A DNA stretch of 32,000 nt from Candidatus Electrothrix yaqonensis (GTDB taxonomy: Bacteria; Desulfobacterota; Desulfobulbia; Desulfobulbales; Desulfobulbaceae), in contig CP178758.1 of NCBI GenBank assembly GCA_047651235.1, positions 3,030,001-3,062,000 on the forward strand, in the 5' to 3' direction. The first letter of the stretch is position 1, and every line of letters starts with the position of its first letter. Position numbers and translations under genes: made by a program. The notes under the pieces are model-generated. The model was not told where the DNA came from, searched no databases, and was given only the letters and a program-made list of their open reading frames with translations. Of the stretch, positions 1 through 9,314 are shown piece after piece.

Positions 1-797
1 AAGACCCGCTTGACCATGCCCTCGCTAACAGCAATGACATCGTCCTCGCCGACAAAACTCAGCTCCATATCGATCTGGGTGAATTCGGGCTGGCGGTCGG
101 CCCGCAGGTCTTCGTCGCGGAAGCACTTGACGATCTGAAAGTAGCGTTCCATGCCGCCCATCATCAGGAGCTGCTTGAAGAGCTGCGGCGACTGCGGCAG
201 GGCGAAAAAACGGCCCGCGTTGACCCGGCTGGGCACCAGATAATCCCGCGCTCCTTCCGGGGTGGAGCGGGTGAGCATGGGCGTTTCCACTTCAAGGAAG
301 TCGTTTTCGCTCAGATAGTTGCGCACAGCCTGTGCCGCCTTGTGGCGCATGATCAGGTTGCTGGCGATTTCCGGCCGCCGTAAATCGAGATAACGGTATT
401 GGAGGCGGATGTTGTCCGATACCTCGCTGTCCTCGTCCAGCGGGAAGGGCGGGGTTTTGCTGGTGTTAAGGATGCGCAGCTCGCTGACCAGCACCTCGAT
501 CTCGCCGGTCTGCAGCTTGGGGTTGGCCATGTCGCCGGGCCGGGCCTCAACCTTGCCTTTGATTGCCAGAACCCACTCAGAGCGGAGCTGGTGCGCCTTG
601 GCGTGCGGCTCAGGATTTATTTCCGGGTTGAAGACCACCTGAGTGATGCCTTGGCGGTCGCGAAGGTCGATGAAAATAACCCCGCCGTGGTCGCGACGGC
701 GAAGAACCCAGCCCATAAGGACGACGTCCTGATCCAGGTTGTCCAGGCCGAGGGTATTGCAGTCATGTGTGCGCCGCAGCGCTCCCATTGATTCCAT
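1..797 (-). CDS. aspS: aspartyl-tRNA synthetase, N-terminal ~265 aa (remainder lies beyond the window start)
   Basis: Own translation of the minus strand from ATG 797 (alternative ATG 788) gives [48 protein letters not shown] (OB-fold region), then [25 protein letters not shown] and [47 protein letters not shown] (class II aaRS motifs). It is absent from the ORF track because it runs off the edge. Confidence 0.9.
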   Translation of the reverse strand, partial: MESMGALRRTHDCNTLGLDNLDQDVVLMGWVLRRRDHGGVIFIDLRDRQGITQVVFNPEINPEPHAKAHQLRSEWVLAIKGKVEARPGDMANPKLQTGEIEVLVSELRILNTSKTPPFPLDEDSEVSDNIRLQYRYLDLRRPEIASNLIMRHKAAQAVRNYLSENDFLEVETPMLTRSTPEGARDYLVPSRVNAGRFFALPQSPQLFKQLLMMGGMERYFQIVKCFRDEDLRADRQPEFTQIDMELSFVGEDDVIAVSEGMVKRV

Positions 798-826
798 GTG
801 TGTCTCTTTTTATGCGGAAAAGTTTA

Positions 827-876
827 AAACAACGTAGGGGTGGTTCGCGAACCGTCCTTACACAGGATGTTTTTAT
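827..876 (-). other. attC-like imperfect hairpin just downstream of the AT-rich gene and upstream of aspS
   Basis: Minus strand reads ATAAAAAC-ATCCTGTGTAAGGACGGTTCG/CGAACCACCCCTAC-GTTGTTT. This is an ..AAC box, imperfect inverted arms around the perfect palindrome GGTTCGCGAACC (842-853), then a GTT.. box. It could equally be a plain terminator or operator hairpin. Confidence 0.25.
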
Positions 877-879
877 CTA

Positions 880-1611
880 TTATAGAGAAATGATTCTTCT
901 CTCTTCTTGTATTGAGCACGTGTTATGCACATTACTTATTGTCGTACTTAACGGGCCATTCGGTAAAGTATAGATTCTCAATTTCAAGGCTAACGCAATT
1001 ATTATTCCAGCCATGTATGCAATCAATGTAAGATATGCAATAAGATATCCAACTCCTATTTTCTGATATATAAAATATGCTCCCTGCCAAGTAGAAAATC
1101 CTGTTAACATAAACAGGCAAGGGATAAGAATCAGGTTATCTCTTAAACTGATTATGTTCTCAATTCTGTTTCCTTCATGATCGTTTTCACCTCCATAAAC
1201 TTTTGGACACACCCTATGCTCCCAAGATAGCGAATTATTCCTGGTTAATATATTGATCTTTTTCTCTAAGTTTCCAAGATGATTTCCTATTGCAAATACA
1301 TGAAATATATCATTGAGTGGAAATGTTATCGTGAGCAGCAATACAGGGGTAAAAGCAACAAAAAATATATTTATGATATTTTCAGCATTCGCTCTTAAAA
1401 CTCCTGTTTTTACCGGGTTACCTACCGAATTTATAACATCCTGCAGACTTAAACCGTTAAAAGCGAGGATAAGGGAACCGACTGCCGTAATATAGGTGAG
1501 ATAATTATGGTACTTTCTAATTCCCTCCTTGTGAATGAGTTTTTCATTCCACAAGTTATTATATTCCTGAATCAGAATATATTCCTGAATCAGAATTTCA
1601 TCAGCATCCAT
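880..1611 (-). CDS. hypothetical multi-pass membrane protein (about 4 TM), visibly AT-rich gene
   Basis: ORF 880..1821 from the track. I prefer the internal start MDADEILIQEY at 1611 because GAGGAA lies 6 nt upstream. The longer version overlaps the DUF2283 gene in GC-richer sequence. Hydrophobic segments are YLTYITAVGSLILAF, IINIFFVAFTPVLLLTITF, LILIPCLFMLTGF and GYLIAYLTLIAYMAGIIIALAL. No family recognised. Confidence 0.6.
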   Translation of the reverse strand: MDADEILIQEYILIQEYNNLWNEKLIHKEGIRKYHNYLTYITAVGSLILAFNGLSLQDVINSVGNPVKTGVLRANAENIINIFFVAFTPVLLLTITFPLNDIFHVFAIGNHLGNLEKKINILTRNNSLSWEHRVCPKVYGGENDHEGNRIENIISLRDNLILIPCLFMLTGFSTWQGAYFIYQKIGVGYLIAYLTLIAYMAGIIIALALKLRIYTLPNGPLSTTISNVHNTCSIQEERRIISL

Positions 1612-1723
1612 TTTTTCTTCCTCTAATTCAATCAGATAATGAGCGTCAAAAACCCCTTGCCGGATAATCATGCCGCCTGAAAAAGCATGGTGGAAAGCTC
1701 CTCTTTGCTGGCCCGCGCCGAGA

Positions 1724-1957
1724 TCAAATGATCTCCGCCTGTCCACTGACCTGCGCAGCCCGAAACGGCATTTCCTGATAAGAAAATTCCCATAACCCGG
1801 TATCGGCTTTGGCGTGCTCAACGGTCATACTGACGATATTCCCGTTCTCATCAAGGTCAACACAAATATTCTCGTTGAGTTCTCGTGTTTCAACGATCTC
1901 TTTCTTCGTAAATTCAATCAGGGCGGTATCTGTATCGGAAAAACACTTCACTTTCAT
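1724..1957 (-). CDS. DUF2283-family small protein
   Basis: MKVKCFSDTDTALIEFTKKEIVETRELNENICVDLDENGNIVSMTVEHA matches the DUF2283 pattern as I recall it (D.eaDalyI.l......e..e....v.vDld..G.ivgiei..A). Confidence 0.65.
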   Translation of the reverse strand: MKVKCFSDTDTALIEFTKKEIVETRELNENICVDLDENGNIVSMTVEHAKADTGLWEFSYQEMPFRAAQVSGQAEII

Positions 1958-1960
1958 GAC

Positions 1961-3223
1961 TCATTCCTCCTGATTTACCATCGCCACCAGCAGTTCCACC
2001 GCCCCCTGTAGAGAAAACGCGCTCTGCTCATGGGTATCCATATTACGCAGCACCGCCTCCTGCTTTTCCAATTCCTGCTCACCGACAATCAGGGTGAAGC
2101 GGGCATTAACCCGGCCGGCCTGTTTCATCTGCGCCTTGAGGCTGCGGCTGCTGTAGTCCATTGTCGCATATAGGCCGCGCTTGCGTAATTCGTAAACAAG
2201 GGGCGCACAGGCTGCCACGGCCTGTTCACCAAGGGCGGCGGCAAAGAAATCAGCCCGGTCAGCGGTAGAGTCCTGTGCTGCTTCCTGCTGCTCCATGAGC
2301 AGGACAAGGCGTTCCATGCCCAAGGCAAAGCCGATTCCCGGCGTGTTCTTCGGCCCGCCGAGCTGCTCGATCAGACCATCATAGCGGCCCCCGGCAGCAA
2401 CGGCGGCCTGGGCCCCGAGCTTGTCCGTGATGAATTCAAAGGTGGTGCGGGTATAATAATCCAGTCCCCGAACCATAAAGCGGTTGAGCGTATAGGTCAC
2501 GCCGAATTCGTTGAGCTGCTGCTGCACAGCGGCAAAATGGCTGTCACAGTCCGGGCAGAGGTTGTCGAGAATAGACGGAGCCTCCTGAACCAAGGCTTTG
2601 CAGTCCCGATTCTTGCAATCCAAGACGCGGAGGGGATTGGTCTCGGTTCGGCGTCTGCAGTCTTCGCACAGCCCGTCCAAGCCTTTCAGGTAATCTACCA
2701 GGAGGCTACGGAAGGCGGGACGGCATTCCGGACAGCCTAGGGAGTTGACCTCCAAGCTGACCTCCAAGTCTAGCTCAGTGAGCAGCATCTGGGCCATAGC
2801 CATCAGCTCGGCATCCAGCTGTGCCTCAGCAGCACCGATGACCTCCACGCTGATCTGGTGGAACTGTCGCTGTCTGCCTTTTTGCGGTCGTTCGTGGCGG
2901 AACATGGGACCGATGGTAAAGAGCCGCTGGACCGGCTGCTGCACATGCAGGCCGTGTTCAATATAGGCCCGCAGCAGGGAGGCTGTGGCCTCGGGCCGCA
3001 GAGTCAGGCCCTTGTCGGCAAAGGTGTACATTTCCTTTTCCACGATATCCGTGGCCTCACCGATGGACCGGGCAAAGAGTTCGGTCTTTTCCAGAATCGG
3101 CAGGCGGATCTCCCGCAGCCCGAAACGGCGGAACACATCGCGGGCAGTCTGCTCCAGTTTCCGCCACAAGGCAGCCTCGGCAGGCAGGATATCTTTAAAG
3201 CCGTTTACGGCCTTGATCTTCAA
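1961..3223 (-). CDS. hisS: histidyl-tRNA synthetase
   Basis: The track ORF 1961..3283 contains KAVNGFKDILP, LREIRLPILE, RLFTIGPMFRHERPQKGRQRQFHQ and GGGRYDGL motifs. I place the start at TTG 3223, where AAGGAGG lies 5 nt upstream, giving MKIKAVNGFKDILP. The upstream extension in the track looks non-coding. Confidence 0.93.
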   Translation of the reverse strand: MKIKAVNGFKDILPAEAALWRKLEQTARDVFRRFGLREIRLPILEKTELFARSIGEATDIVEKEMYTFADKGLTLRPEATASLLRAYIEHGLHVQQPVQRLFTIGPMFRHERPQKGRQRQFHQISVEVIGAAEAQLDAELMAMAQMLLTELDLEVSLEVNSLGCPECRPAFRSLLVDYLKGLDGLCEDCRRRTETNPLRVLDCKNRDCKALVQEAPSILDNLCPDCDSHFAAVQQQLNEFGVTYTLNRFMVRGLDYYTRTTFEFITDKLGAQAAVAAGGRYDGLIEQLGGPKNTPGIGFALGMERLVLLMEQQEAAQDSTADRADFFAAALGEQAVAACAPLVYELRKRGLYATMDYSSRSLKAQMKQAGRVNARFTLIVGEQELEKQEAVLRNMDTHEQSAFSLQGAVELLVAMVNQEE

Positions 3224-3397
3224 ACTGACCTCCTTAAAAAACAAACAGTTACTTTCAATCAGAAGAAAGTGCACGGTCTGCACCGTACCAGGGCAAAAGA
3301 AAGAAATCTACTCCATTTCTGCCGGAAAAGTCAAGCCGATCGCACAGAATTATGGTACGATGCCGGAATATTCTGCAACTGCCCGGCAAGGGGATAC

Positions 3398-3426
3398 TTG
3401 ACAAAGCCGTTATGGCGTAGCATTAT
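3398..3426 (+). promoter_or_regulatory. candidate sigma70 promoter for the oxidoreductase gene
   Basis: TTGACA (3398-3403), a 17-bp spacer, then CATTAT (3421-3426), about 80 nt upstream of ATG 3504. Confidence 0.35.
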
Positions 3427-3503
3427 GGACAGGAATCTGATATCTTCCGTGGAATCCCGCCTTCAATCGGAGAGAAGATAATGAAACCAAGAGTATATAA
3501 TTA

Positions 3504-4496
3504 ATGAAATTACCTGAACTCAAAATCGGTCCGTTCACCGCACGGATTCCCCTTGTCCAGGGTGGAATGTCCGTCCGGGTTTCCACCTCCACCCTTGCCG
3601 TTCCTGTGGCGGAATGCGGCGGAATCGGCACCATAGGCGGCTCCGGCATTCCGGTACCGGAACTGCAGGAAGATATACGCAAGGCCAAGTCAGCTACCGA
3701 CGGTGTCATTGCTGTCAACATTATGTATGCAATGAAAAATTTCAATGAGCTGGTCCATGCCTCCATTGAAGCCGGAGTGGATATGATCATCACCGGCGCC
3801 GGTTTTTCCAGAGATATTTTTAAGATAGGCAGAAAATACAACATCCCTATTGTTTCGATTGTCTCCTCCCCGTCTTTTGCCCGACTGGCAGAAAAGCTCG
3901 GTGCTGCTGCGGTTGTGGTTGAAGGGACCGAGGCTGGCGGACATCTTGGCACGGACAAGCCGCTGCGGGAGATCTTCCCGGTCATCCGCAAGGTGGTATC
4001 CAAAGTTCCGCTGATTGCGGCAGGCGGGGTAACGGACGGCTTTGATATGGCGGAGATGATGGATGAGTACGGCGCAGACGGGGTGCAGATCGCTTCCCGT
4101 TTTGTCCTGAGCGAAGAGTGCTCTGTTTCGCAGGAATTCAAAGAAACCTATTTGAAGGCCCGGAAGGAGGACATTATTAATGTGCAGTCCCCGGTGGGCA
4201 TGACCGGACGGGCCGTGAAAACCAATTTTATAGAGCAGATGGAACGGGGGGAAGATGTCTCGCCCGAAAAATGTCACTTTAAGTGCCTGAAAAAATGCAG
4301 CTACAAGTACTGCATCAATGACCGCCTGACAGCATCCTGCCGGGGAGATGTGAAAAACGGTCTGGTCTTCTGCGGGGCCAATACCTATAAAATGAAAGAA
4401 ATTCTGCCGGTCAAAGAAATTTTCAGACAATTTGTCCGGGATGCGGAGTCGGTCTTTAAAGAAACGAAGGAAAACTGGAAACCGCAAAAAAAATGA
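3504..4496 (+). CDS. NAD(P)H-dependent flavin oxidoreductase, nitronate monooxygenase / FabK-like family
   Basis: The N-terminus IPLVQGGMSVRVSTSTLAVPVAECGGIGTIG, then VVVEGTEAGGHLG and IPLIAAGGVTDG, are characteristic of the NPD/FabK TIM-barrel FMN family. Confidence 0.8.
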   Translation: MKLPELKIGPFTARIPLVQGGMSVRVSTSTLAVPVAECGGIGTIGGSGIPVPELQEDIRKAKSATDGVIAVNIMYAMKNFNELVHASIEAGVDMIITGAGFSRDIFKIGRKYNIPIVSIVSSPSFARLAEKLGAAAVVVEGTEAGGHLGTDKPLREIFPVIRKVVSKVPLIAAGGVTDGFDMAEMMDEYGADGVQIASRFVLSEECSVSQEFKETYLKARKEDIINVQSPVGMTGRAVKTNFIEQMERGEDVSPEKCHFKCLKKCSYKYCINDRLTASCRGDVKNGLVFCGANTYKMKEILPVKEIFRQFVRDAESVFKETKENWKPQKK

Positions 4497-4542
4497 CCTG
4501 CAGATACCCTGCCCAGGAACTGAGGAAACAAGAACACCCATT

Positions 4543-5976
4543 ATGATGAGCAGAATCACAGGCAATGGACCGCAGCCGTCGGAAGAGACAGAAAAAGGAG
4601 AGGGTGTTATTCTTTCGCCCGATGAACATCCTATTCAGGAACAAGATATCGAGTCCGAAGCGCTGAAGGTGCTGTACCGACTGCGTGATGCAGGATACTC
4701 CGGCTATCTGGTCGGCGGCGGCGTGCGGGATCTGTACCTCGGCAACAAACCGAAAGATTTTGATATTTCCACCAATGCCCGGCCGGGCCAGCTGCGCAAA
4801 CTGTTCCGCAACTCGCGCACCATCGGTCGTCGGTTCCGCTTGGTTCAGGTTTTTTTCCGGGGCAATAAGATCATCGAAGTCTCCACCCTCCGTTCCCAGA
4901 GCGAATACGACAGCGATGCACCCGACAAGGTACTGCCAGCCAATAATACCTTCGGTACGCTGGAGGAGGACGCCTTCCGTCGTGACCTGACCATCAACTC
5001 GCTGTTTTACGAGATCGAAAACAAAACAGTGATTGATTATGTCGGCGGGGTGCGGGATTTGACCGACGGCATCATCCGACTGGTCGGTGAACCTGAACAG
5101 CGGATTATCCGCGATCCGGTGCGTATGCTGCGGGCGATACGTCATGCAGCCCGGAACGATTTCACTATTGAAGAAAAAACATGGCAGGCTATCTGCAGTC
5201 ATGCGGACAAACTTGCACTCTGTCCCACCTCCAGGCTCCGGGACGAACTGCTCAAAGACCTGCGCGGCGGCAGCAGCAGCGCCTGGGCGGAGCTCGCAGT
5301 GCGGAGCGGCGTATTTACCGCGCTGTTTCCTTTTTACAGCGATCTGCTCAGCAGCGGGGAGCGTGAAGCTGTGCAGAAGGAACTGCTGGCCATGCTGGCC
5401 TCGTTGGATAAAGTGTATTGCAATGGCGCAAAGCATGGTCGGGTGCGTATTGATGACGCCATGATTTTTGCCGTGCTTCTCCTTCCTTGGGCAGAGCGGC
5501 GGTTTGACCTGCTGCAGCAGGAACTGAAAGGACCGGGTTATCATCAGCTGGCAAAGGCTGTCCGGGTAGAGCTGGATGAGGTAATTGCCCATCGCATGAA
5601 CCTGAAGCGGGCGATCAGAGACAGAATCACTACCCTGTTCGTCAACATGCCCTCGCTGCAGAAACACCAGAAAAACAACACCTGGCCAGCTTGGCTGCGG
5701 AAGAAGAGTTACTTTGCCGACTGCTCCCGCCTGTACGCCCTGTACCGGGAAGCTGTTGCCGGAGAGACGCCCGATATCGGTCAATTTATCGAGACAGCAG
5801 AGACAGACGATCCGTCAGATCCGTCAGTGCAGAACAAGAACAGGACGGCTGAATCTGAATCTTCTCCGGTTTCTTCTGCTGCCGCAGGAAGAAGCCAGTG
5901 CAGCGGAAAAAGAGGAGGAAACAATCCTGCCTTCAGTAGCCATAAACACGGAGTCTTCGGGTTACGCAAGGGATAA
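4543..5976 (+). CDS. pcnB: poly(A) polymerase I (tRNA nucleotidyltransferase/poly(A) polymerase family)
   Basis: YRLRDAGYSGYLVGGGVRDLYLGNKPKDFDISTNARPGQLRKLFRNSRTIGRRFRLVQVFF...RRDLTINSLFY. The track ORF starts at 4432 and overlaps the previous gene, so I prefer ATG 4543 (MMSRITG). Confidence 0.85.
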   Translation: MMSRITGNGPQPSEETEKGEGVILSPDEHPIQEQDIESEALKVLYRLRDAGYSGYLVGGGVRDLYLGNKPKDFDISTNARPGQLRKLFRNSRTIGRRFRLVQVFFRGNKIIEVSTLRSQSEYDSDAPDKVLPANNTFGTLEEDAFRRDLTINSLFYEIENKTVIDYVGGVRDLTDGIIRLVGEPEQRIIRDPVRMLRAIRHAARNDFTIEEKTWQAICSHADKLALCPTSRLRDELLKDLRGGSSSAWAELAVRSGVFTALFPFYSDLLSSGEREAVQKELLAMLASLDKVYCNGAKHGRVRIDDAMIFAVLLLPWAERRFDLLQQELKGPGYHQLAKAVRVELDEVIAHRMNLKRAIRDRITTLFVNMPSLQKHQKNNTWPAWLRKKSYFADCSRLYALYREAVAGETPDIGQFIETAETDDPSDPSVQNKNRTAESESSPVSSAAAGRSQCSGKRGGNNPAFSSHKHGVFGLRKG

Positions 5977-6106
5977 AGTCGTAAACAGTACTCAGCAGGA
6001 TTTTCAGCAGAGTCCTGTGCGGATCAGGAGGAACGGATTATGCGTGTCCGTATGTAGTATGTATATTGTTGCAACTCGATAAACGCAGCCCGCAAAAAAA
6101 AATGAC

Positions 6107-6298
6107 ATGAACAACCAGGAGCGCACCTGTCTGCTGGAAGATGAACTCCTTATCCTGCGGCATTCCGGTGAGCTGCCGGAAATTGCCTACCATTCCTCGC
6201 TGTATTATCTCACTGCTGACAAGGACGGCCCCGGTCTGGTCCTGACTGAAGATGAACAGAAAATGCTGCAGGAGGCTGCTATAGCTGGAGCAACATAG
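6107..6298 (+). CDS. hypothetical small ORF whose 3' end runs into MITE copy 1 (probably a truncated gene)
   Basis: A 63-aa ORF. Its last codons and stop lie inside the repeat element that starts at 6281. No family recognised. Confidence 0.3.
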   Translation: MNNQERTCLLEDELLILRHSGELPEIAYHSSLYYLTADKDGPGLVLTEDEQKMLQEAAIAGAT

Positions 6299-6395
6299 CA
6301 ACATAATTTGAATATGCCCACAAGAGGCATAAGTTTTGCCTTCACGCCTTTCAGATAGCTGATCCTGTATTCAGTTTATACTGCTCCAGCTATAT
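6281..6395. mobile_element. MITE-like element, copy 1 (115 bp, carries an 8-bp internal duplication AGCAACAT)
   Basis: Terminal inverted repeats are TAGCTGGAGCA ... TGCTCCAGCTA, flanked on both sides by TA. It is near-identical to 13308-13414. Confidence 0.6.
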
Positions 6396-6710
6396 GTCAA
6401 GCCCCGACTGATTGTATACCTGTTTTTTAAATAAATCGGGATGCGTTTTCCGCCAATTTTTCAGAGCCTCAACCGGCGTGATATGGCCGAGATTTTTCTG
6501 CGGAATATGGTGATTATAAATACGGAGATACTGCAGCAGTATTTCCTTAAGCTGACGGGACGATTCAAACTTTGTCTGCTGAACAACTTCTTTAATTCTG
6601 CCGTTGAAGCGCTCGACCATGCCGTTTGTCTGCGGTCTGCGCGGTTTTATCAGACGGTGCTCAATGCCGTTCTCCCCGCATTTCCGATCAAATGCGTGGT
6701 TTCGTATCAA
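6390..6710 (-). pseudogene. IS481/IS3-type DDE (rve) transposase, C-terminal fragment only
   Basis: HRLIKPRRPQTNGMVERFNGRIKE...YNHHIPQKNLGHITPVEALKNW is the C-terminal third of an integrase-core transposase. The N-terminal two thirds are missing. The upstream side is replaced by a tandem repeat array, and the stop codon lies inside the MITE TIR. Confidence 0.75.
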
Positions 6711-6800
6711 TCAAATGCATGCATTCGTTCCGATCAAATGCATGGTTTCGATCTAATCAAATGCGTGCATTCGTTTCGATCAAATGCATGCAGTTATATG
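6681..6800. repeat. tandem array of 5 units of 21-25 bp with core ATCAAATGC(A/G)TG, organised as a ~46-bp higher-order repeat
   Basis: Read directly as CGATCAAATGCGTGGTTTCGTA / TCAATCAAATGCATGCATTCGTTC / CGATCAAATGCATGGTTTCGA / TCTAATCAAATGCGTGCATTCGTTT / CGATCAAATGCATGCAG. Related half-sites (ACGAATG, GTTTCGTTCCGATC) follow up to about 6830. Confidence 0.8.
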
Positions 6801-7083
6801 TTACGAATGTGGGGTTTCGTTCCGATCCTCAGCATGCCTTGCATGAAAGGGGCATGGACAGGTGGGCTTGTATCCCTTGCCCCAAATGGGGAATATATAA
6901 TTAGGGCAGGGTAACACCTTGTGCCGCTTTTGCCTCCTGTTTTTGTCCCGTAGCTCTGCAAAACCCTTGCATTTTAAGAAAAAAGCTGGCAAGTTTTTGC
7001 CTAAACATTTCATCAACGGGTTGCACTCAACCCATAACCGTAACTTCTCTTGGAGGAAAACCAATGATTACTACACCAAAGAA

Positions 7084-8214
7084 ATGTTCCATTCTTCTCT
7101 TCTCTTCTCTTGCTCTTTATTCCTTCTGTTCCAGGTTAATGTCGGCTATACAGCGGCACTTCAGAAGATATCATCAAATCATGTTGTGAAAAGCGACGGA
7201 TCGCTCTGGGCATGGGGAGACAACGATTGGGGCGAGCTTGGTGACGGTTCAACTACTGACAGGCCGACTCCCGTCCGGATTGGAAAAGACAGCGACTGGA
7301 CAGTTATCACGACAGGATCGGCTCATCACAGTCTTGCTCTGAAGAACGACGGATCGCTCTGGGCATGGGGACTCAACAAACACGGCGAGATCGGTGACGG
7401 TTCAACAGATGCAAGACATTCTCCCGTCCGGATCGGAAAAGACAGTGACTGGGCAGCCGTCGCAGCAGGATCATATTGCAGTCTTGCCCTGAAAAGCGAT
7501 GGCTCGCTCTGGGCATGGGGACTCAACTATAACGGCCAGCTTGGTGACGGTTCAACAGATGCAAGACATTCCCCTGTCCGGATAGGAAAAGACAATGACT
7601 GGACAGCTATCTCGGCAGGGAGTGGTCACAGCCTTGCCCTGAAAAAAGATGGATCACTCTGGGCATGGGGACACAACTCTGGCGGCCAGCTCGGTGACGG
7701 TTCACAAACTCATAGACATTCTCCTGTCCGGATTGATGAAGGCAGTGACTGGACAGCTGTCTCGGCAGGAGAGTATCACAGTCTTGCCCTGAAAAAAGAT
7801 GGGTCGCTCTGGGCATGGGGGGACAACGGGGCCGGCCGGATCGGTGACCAAGCTATGGGGCTTACCAATCGTTCTCCTATCCGGATCGGGAAAGACAGTG
7901 ACTGGGCAGCTATCTCAGCAGGCTACGAGCACAACCTTGCCCTGAAAAAAGATGGGTCGCTCTGGGCATGGGGAGGACGCAACGAGCACGGTGAGATCGG
8001 TGACGGTTCAACTACGAAGAGACATTCCCCTGTCCGGATCGGAGAAGACAGTGACTGGGCAGCTATCTCGGCAGGGAGTAGTCACAGCCTTGCCCTGAAG
8101 AAAGATGGATCGCTCTGGGCATGGGGCCGCGACTGGTTCGGTGATGAAGTGTACGGTGAAGCGGCACGAACAGAGAGACATTCCCCCGTCCGGATCGGTG
8201 AAAAGAGTGAATAG
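7084..8214 (+). CDS. secreted RCC1-repeat (beta-propeller) protein, 7 repeats
   Basis: There are seven units of the type [35 protein letters not shown]. The hydrophobic N-terminus is [25 protein letters not shown]. The track ORF begins at 6919, but that part looks non-coding. See the finding on the alternative start at 7064. Confidence 0.85.
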   Translation: MFHSSLLFSCSLFLLFQVNVGYTAALQKISSNHVVKSDGSLWAWGDNDWGELGDGSTTDRPTPVRIGKDSDWTVITTGSAHHSLALKNDGSLWAWGLNKHGEIGDGSTDARHSPVRIGKDSDWAAVAAGSYCSLALKSDGSLWAWGLNYNGQLGDGSTDARHSPVRIGKDNDWTAISAGSGHSLALKKDGSLWAWGHNSGGQLGDGSQTHRHSPVRIDEGSDWTAVSAGEYHSLALKKDGSLWAWGDNGAGRIGDQAMGLTNRSPIRIGKDSDWAAISAGYEHNLALKKDGSLWAWGGRNEHGEIGDGSTTKRHSPVRIGEDSDWAAISAGSSHSLALKKDGSLWAWGRDWFGDEVYGEAARTERHSPVRIGEKSE

Positions 8215-8706
8215 ACAGATGCAGGTGTTATAATTTGACATCAATAGGGGAGACAGACCACTATTGTAACTTATAGCCTTGTAGGGTGCCCTACCACACC
8301 ATTTTCGGTACGGAGGGCTAGCTTCAGCATTCATGCCCCGCGATAAATCACGGGGCTATTACGGCTCTCCCTCCGGGACAAGGAAGAAAGCCTGTCATAG
8401 AGGAACGCACCGAACTCATCATACCCCGTAGCTATTTTCTCTGTAAAAGATCATCCGTTTTGAACAGGCATCATCGGTAAAACAGAACAGCATAGCCTCC
8501 AGCTGCTTGTACAGGGGATTAAAGGTGCCTCTGCGCAGCAGGGGAGTTGTGCCCTTAGTTCCTCTGCACCTGCATCATCCTACGGTCACGGTCAATCTCT
8601 CCTTCCTTGGATTGGGAATGGGGAGAAACCAAGAATTGTATTGCAAGGGGAGCGTGAGAGTTGCCGGGGCAGGGGAGGCCCCCAGGAAAAAACGACAAAA
8701 AAAAGA

Positions 8707-8824
<118 letters not shown>

Positions 8825-8878
8825 TCGGTATATATAAATTAAATAGCAGGGTATGTATAACTTTATTTGAAAAGAATA

Positions 8879-8969
8879 TGGTTAAGCCGCACGGCTTATT
8901 AGTATCGGTTAGCTCCATGTGTTGCCACACTTCCACACCCGACCTATCAACGTTGTAGTCTCCAACGAG
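8879..8969 (-). rRNA. 23S rRNA, 3'-terminal ~90 nt only (truncated remnant)
   Basis: The reverse complement is CGTTGGAGACTACAACGTTGATAGGTCGGGTGTGGAAGTGTGGCAACACATGGAGCTAACCGATACTAATAAGCCGTGCGGCTTAACC. It aligns with the E. coli 23S 3' end (CGTTGAAGACGACGACGTTGATAGGCCGGGTGTGTAAGCGCAGCGATGCGTTGAGCTAACCGGTACTAATGAACCGTGAGGCTTAACC). The conserved upstream motif GCTGAAAGCATCTAAG is absent beyond 8969. Confidence 0.8.
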
Positions 8970-9031
8970 TAGTAATTAGGGGTCAGACCATCATTTCCTC
9001 TCATCAAACAGAACAGGTCTTCTGTACGACT

Positions 9032-9314
9032 CTATTCCGCCTTTCCGCCCTGAGCTTCCAAATGATACCTTACCGTATCGTAAATATTTTTTGCAAAATC
9101 ATAAAATTGCTTCACCTGTTCCGAAGTCGGTCTGCCTTCGGGCAAAAAACCGAAAGCTCCGGGATAACGGGATTCAATATACAAACGCTTTCTCGACACA
9201 CTGCTGCGCATGAAAACTCGCAGCCCCGGTCGCAACTCCGCTCTGTAGCAGAGATTCGGCGGCGCATAGGTCTTCCTCGCACGCCTGAAGCCAAGCGGAG
9301 ACGGAGAGTTTCAT
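9032..9314 (-). pseudogene. HEPN-domain toxin partner of MNT, frameshifted and internally deleted
   Basis: The N-terminal piece (ATG 9314, overlapping the MNT stop as ATGA) translates MKLSVSAWLQACEEDLCAAESLLQSGVATGAASFHAQQCVEKAFVY then stops near 9174. The C-terminal piece is in another frame (track ORF 9032..9235), ..IESRYPGAFGFLPEGRPTSEQVKQFYDFAKNIYDTV. The total span of 95 codons is shorter than typical HEPN partners. Confidence 0.7.

Noticed and set aside
880-1821. Full 313-aa version of the AT-rich membrane ORF
   Set aside because: The first ~70 codons overlap the DUF2283 gene in another frame. They have GC-rich, Arg/Gly-rich composition unlike the rest of the ORF. An internal ATG at 1611 has a good RBS.
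6919-7083. Upstream extension of the RCC1 ORF ([22 protein letters not shown]...)
   Set aside because: There is no RBS, and the sequence has odd composition. The region contains a better-supported start signal at 7052-7066 in another frame.
8400-8560. Minus-strand peptide-like stretch ..PLLRRGTFNPLYKQLEAMLFCFTDDACSKRMIFYRENSYGV between the RCC1 gene and the 5S rRNA
   Set aside because: It looks like a gene fragment, but I cannot assign a family. It is bounded by stops and has no start. The nearby hairpins (GCCCTACC../..GGAGGGC and CCCCGCGATAAATCACGGGG) are also unassigned.
8970-9060. Possible continuation of 23S rRNA beyond the 90-nt fragment
   Set aside because: Only a GATGAG hexamer resembles 23S. 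The highly conserved GCTGAAAGCATCTAAG block expected about 100 nt upstream of the 3' end is absent. The sequence instead encodes the HEPN C-terminus.
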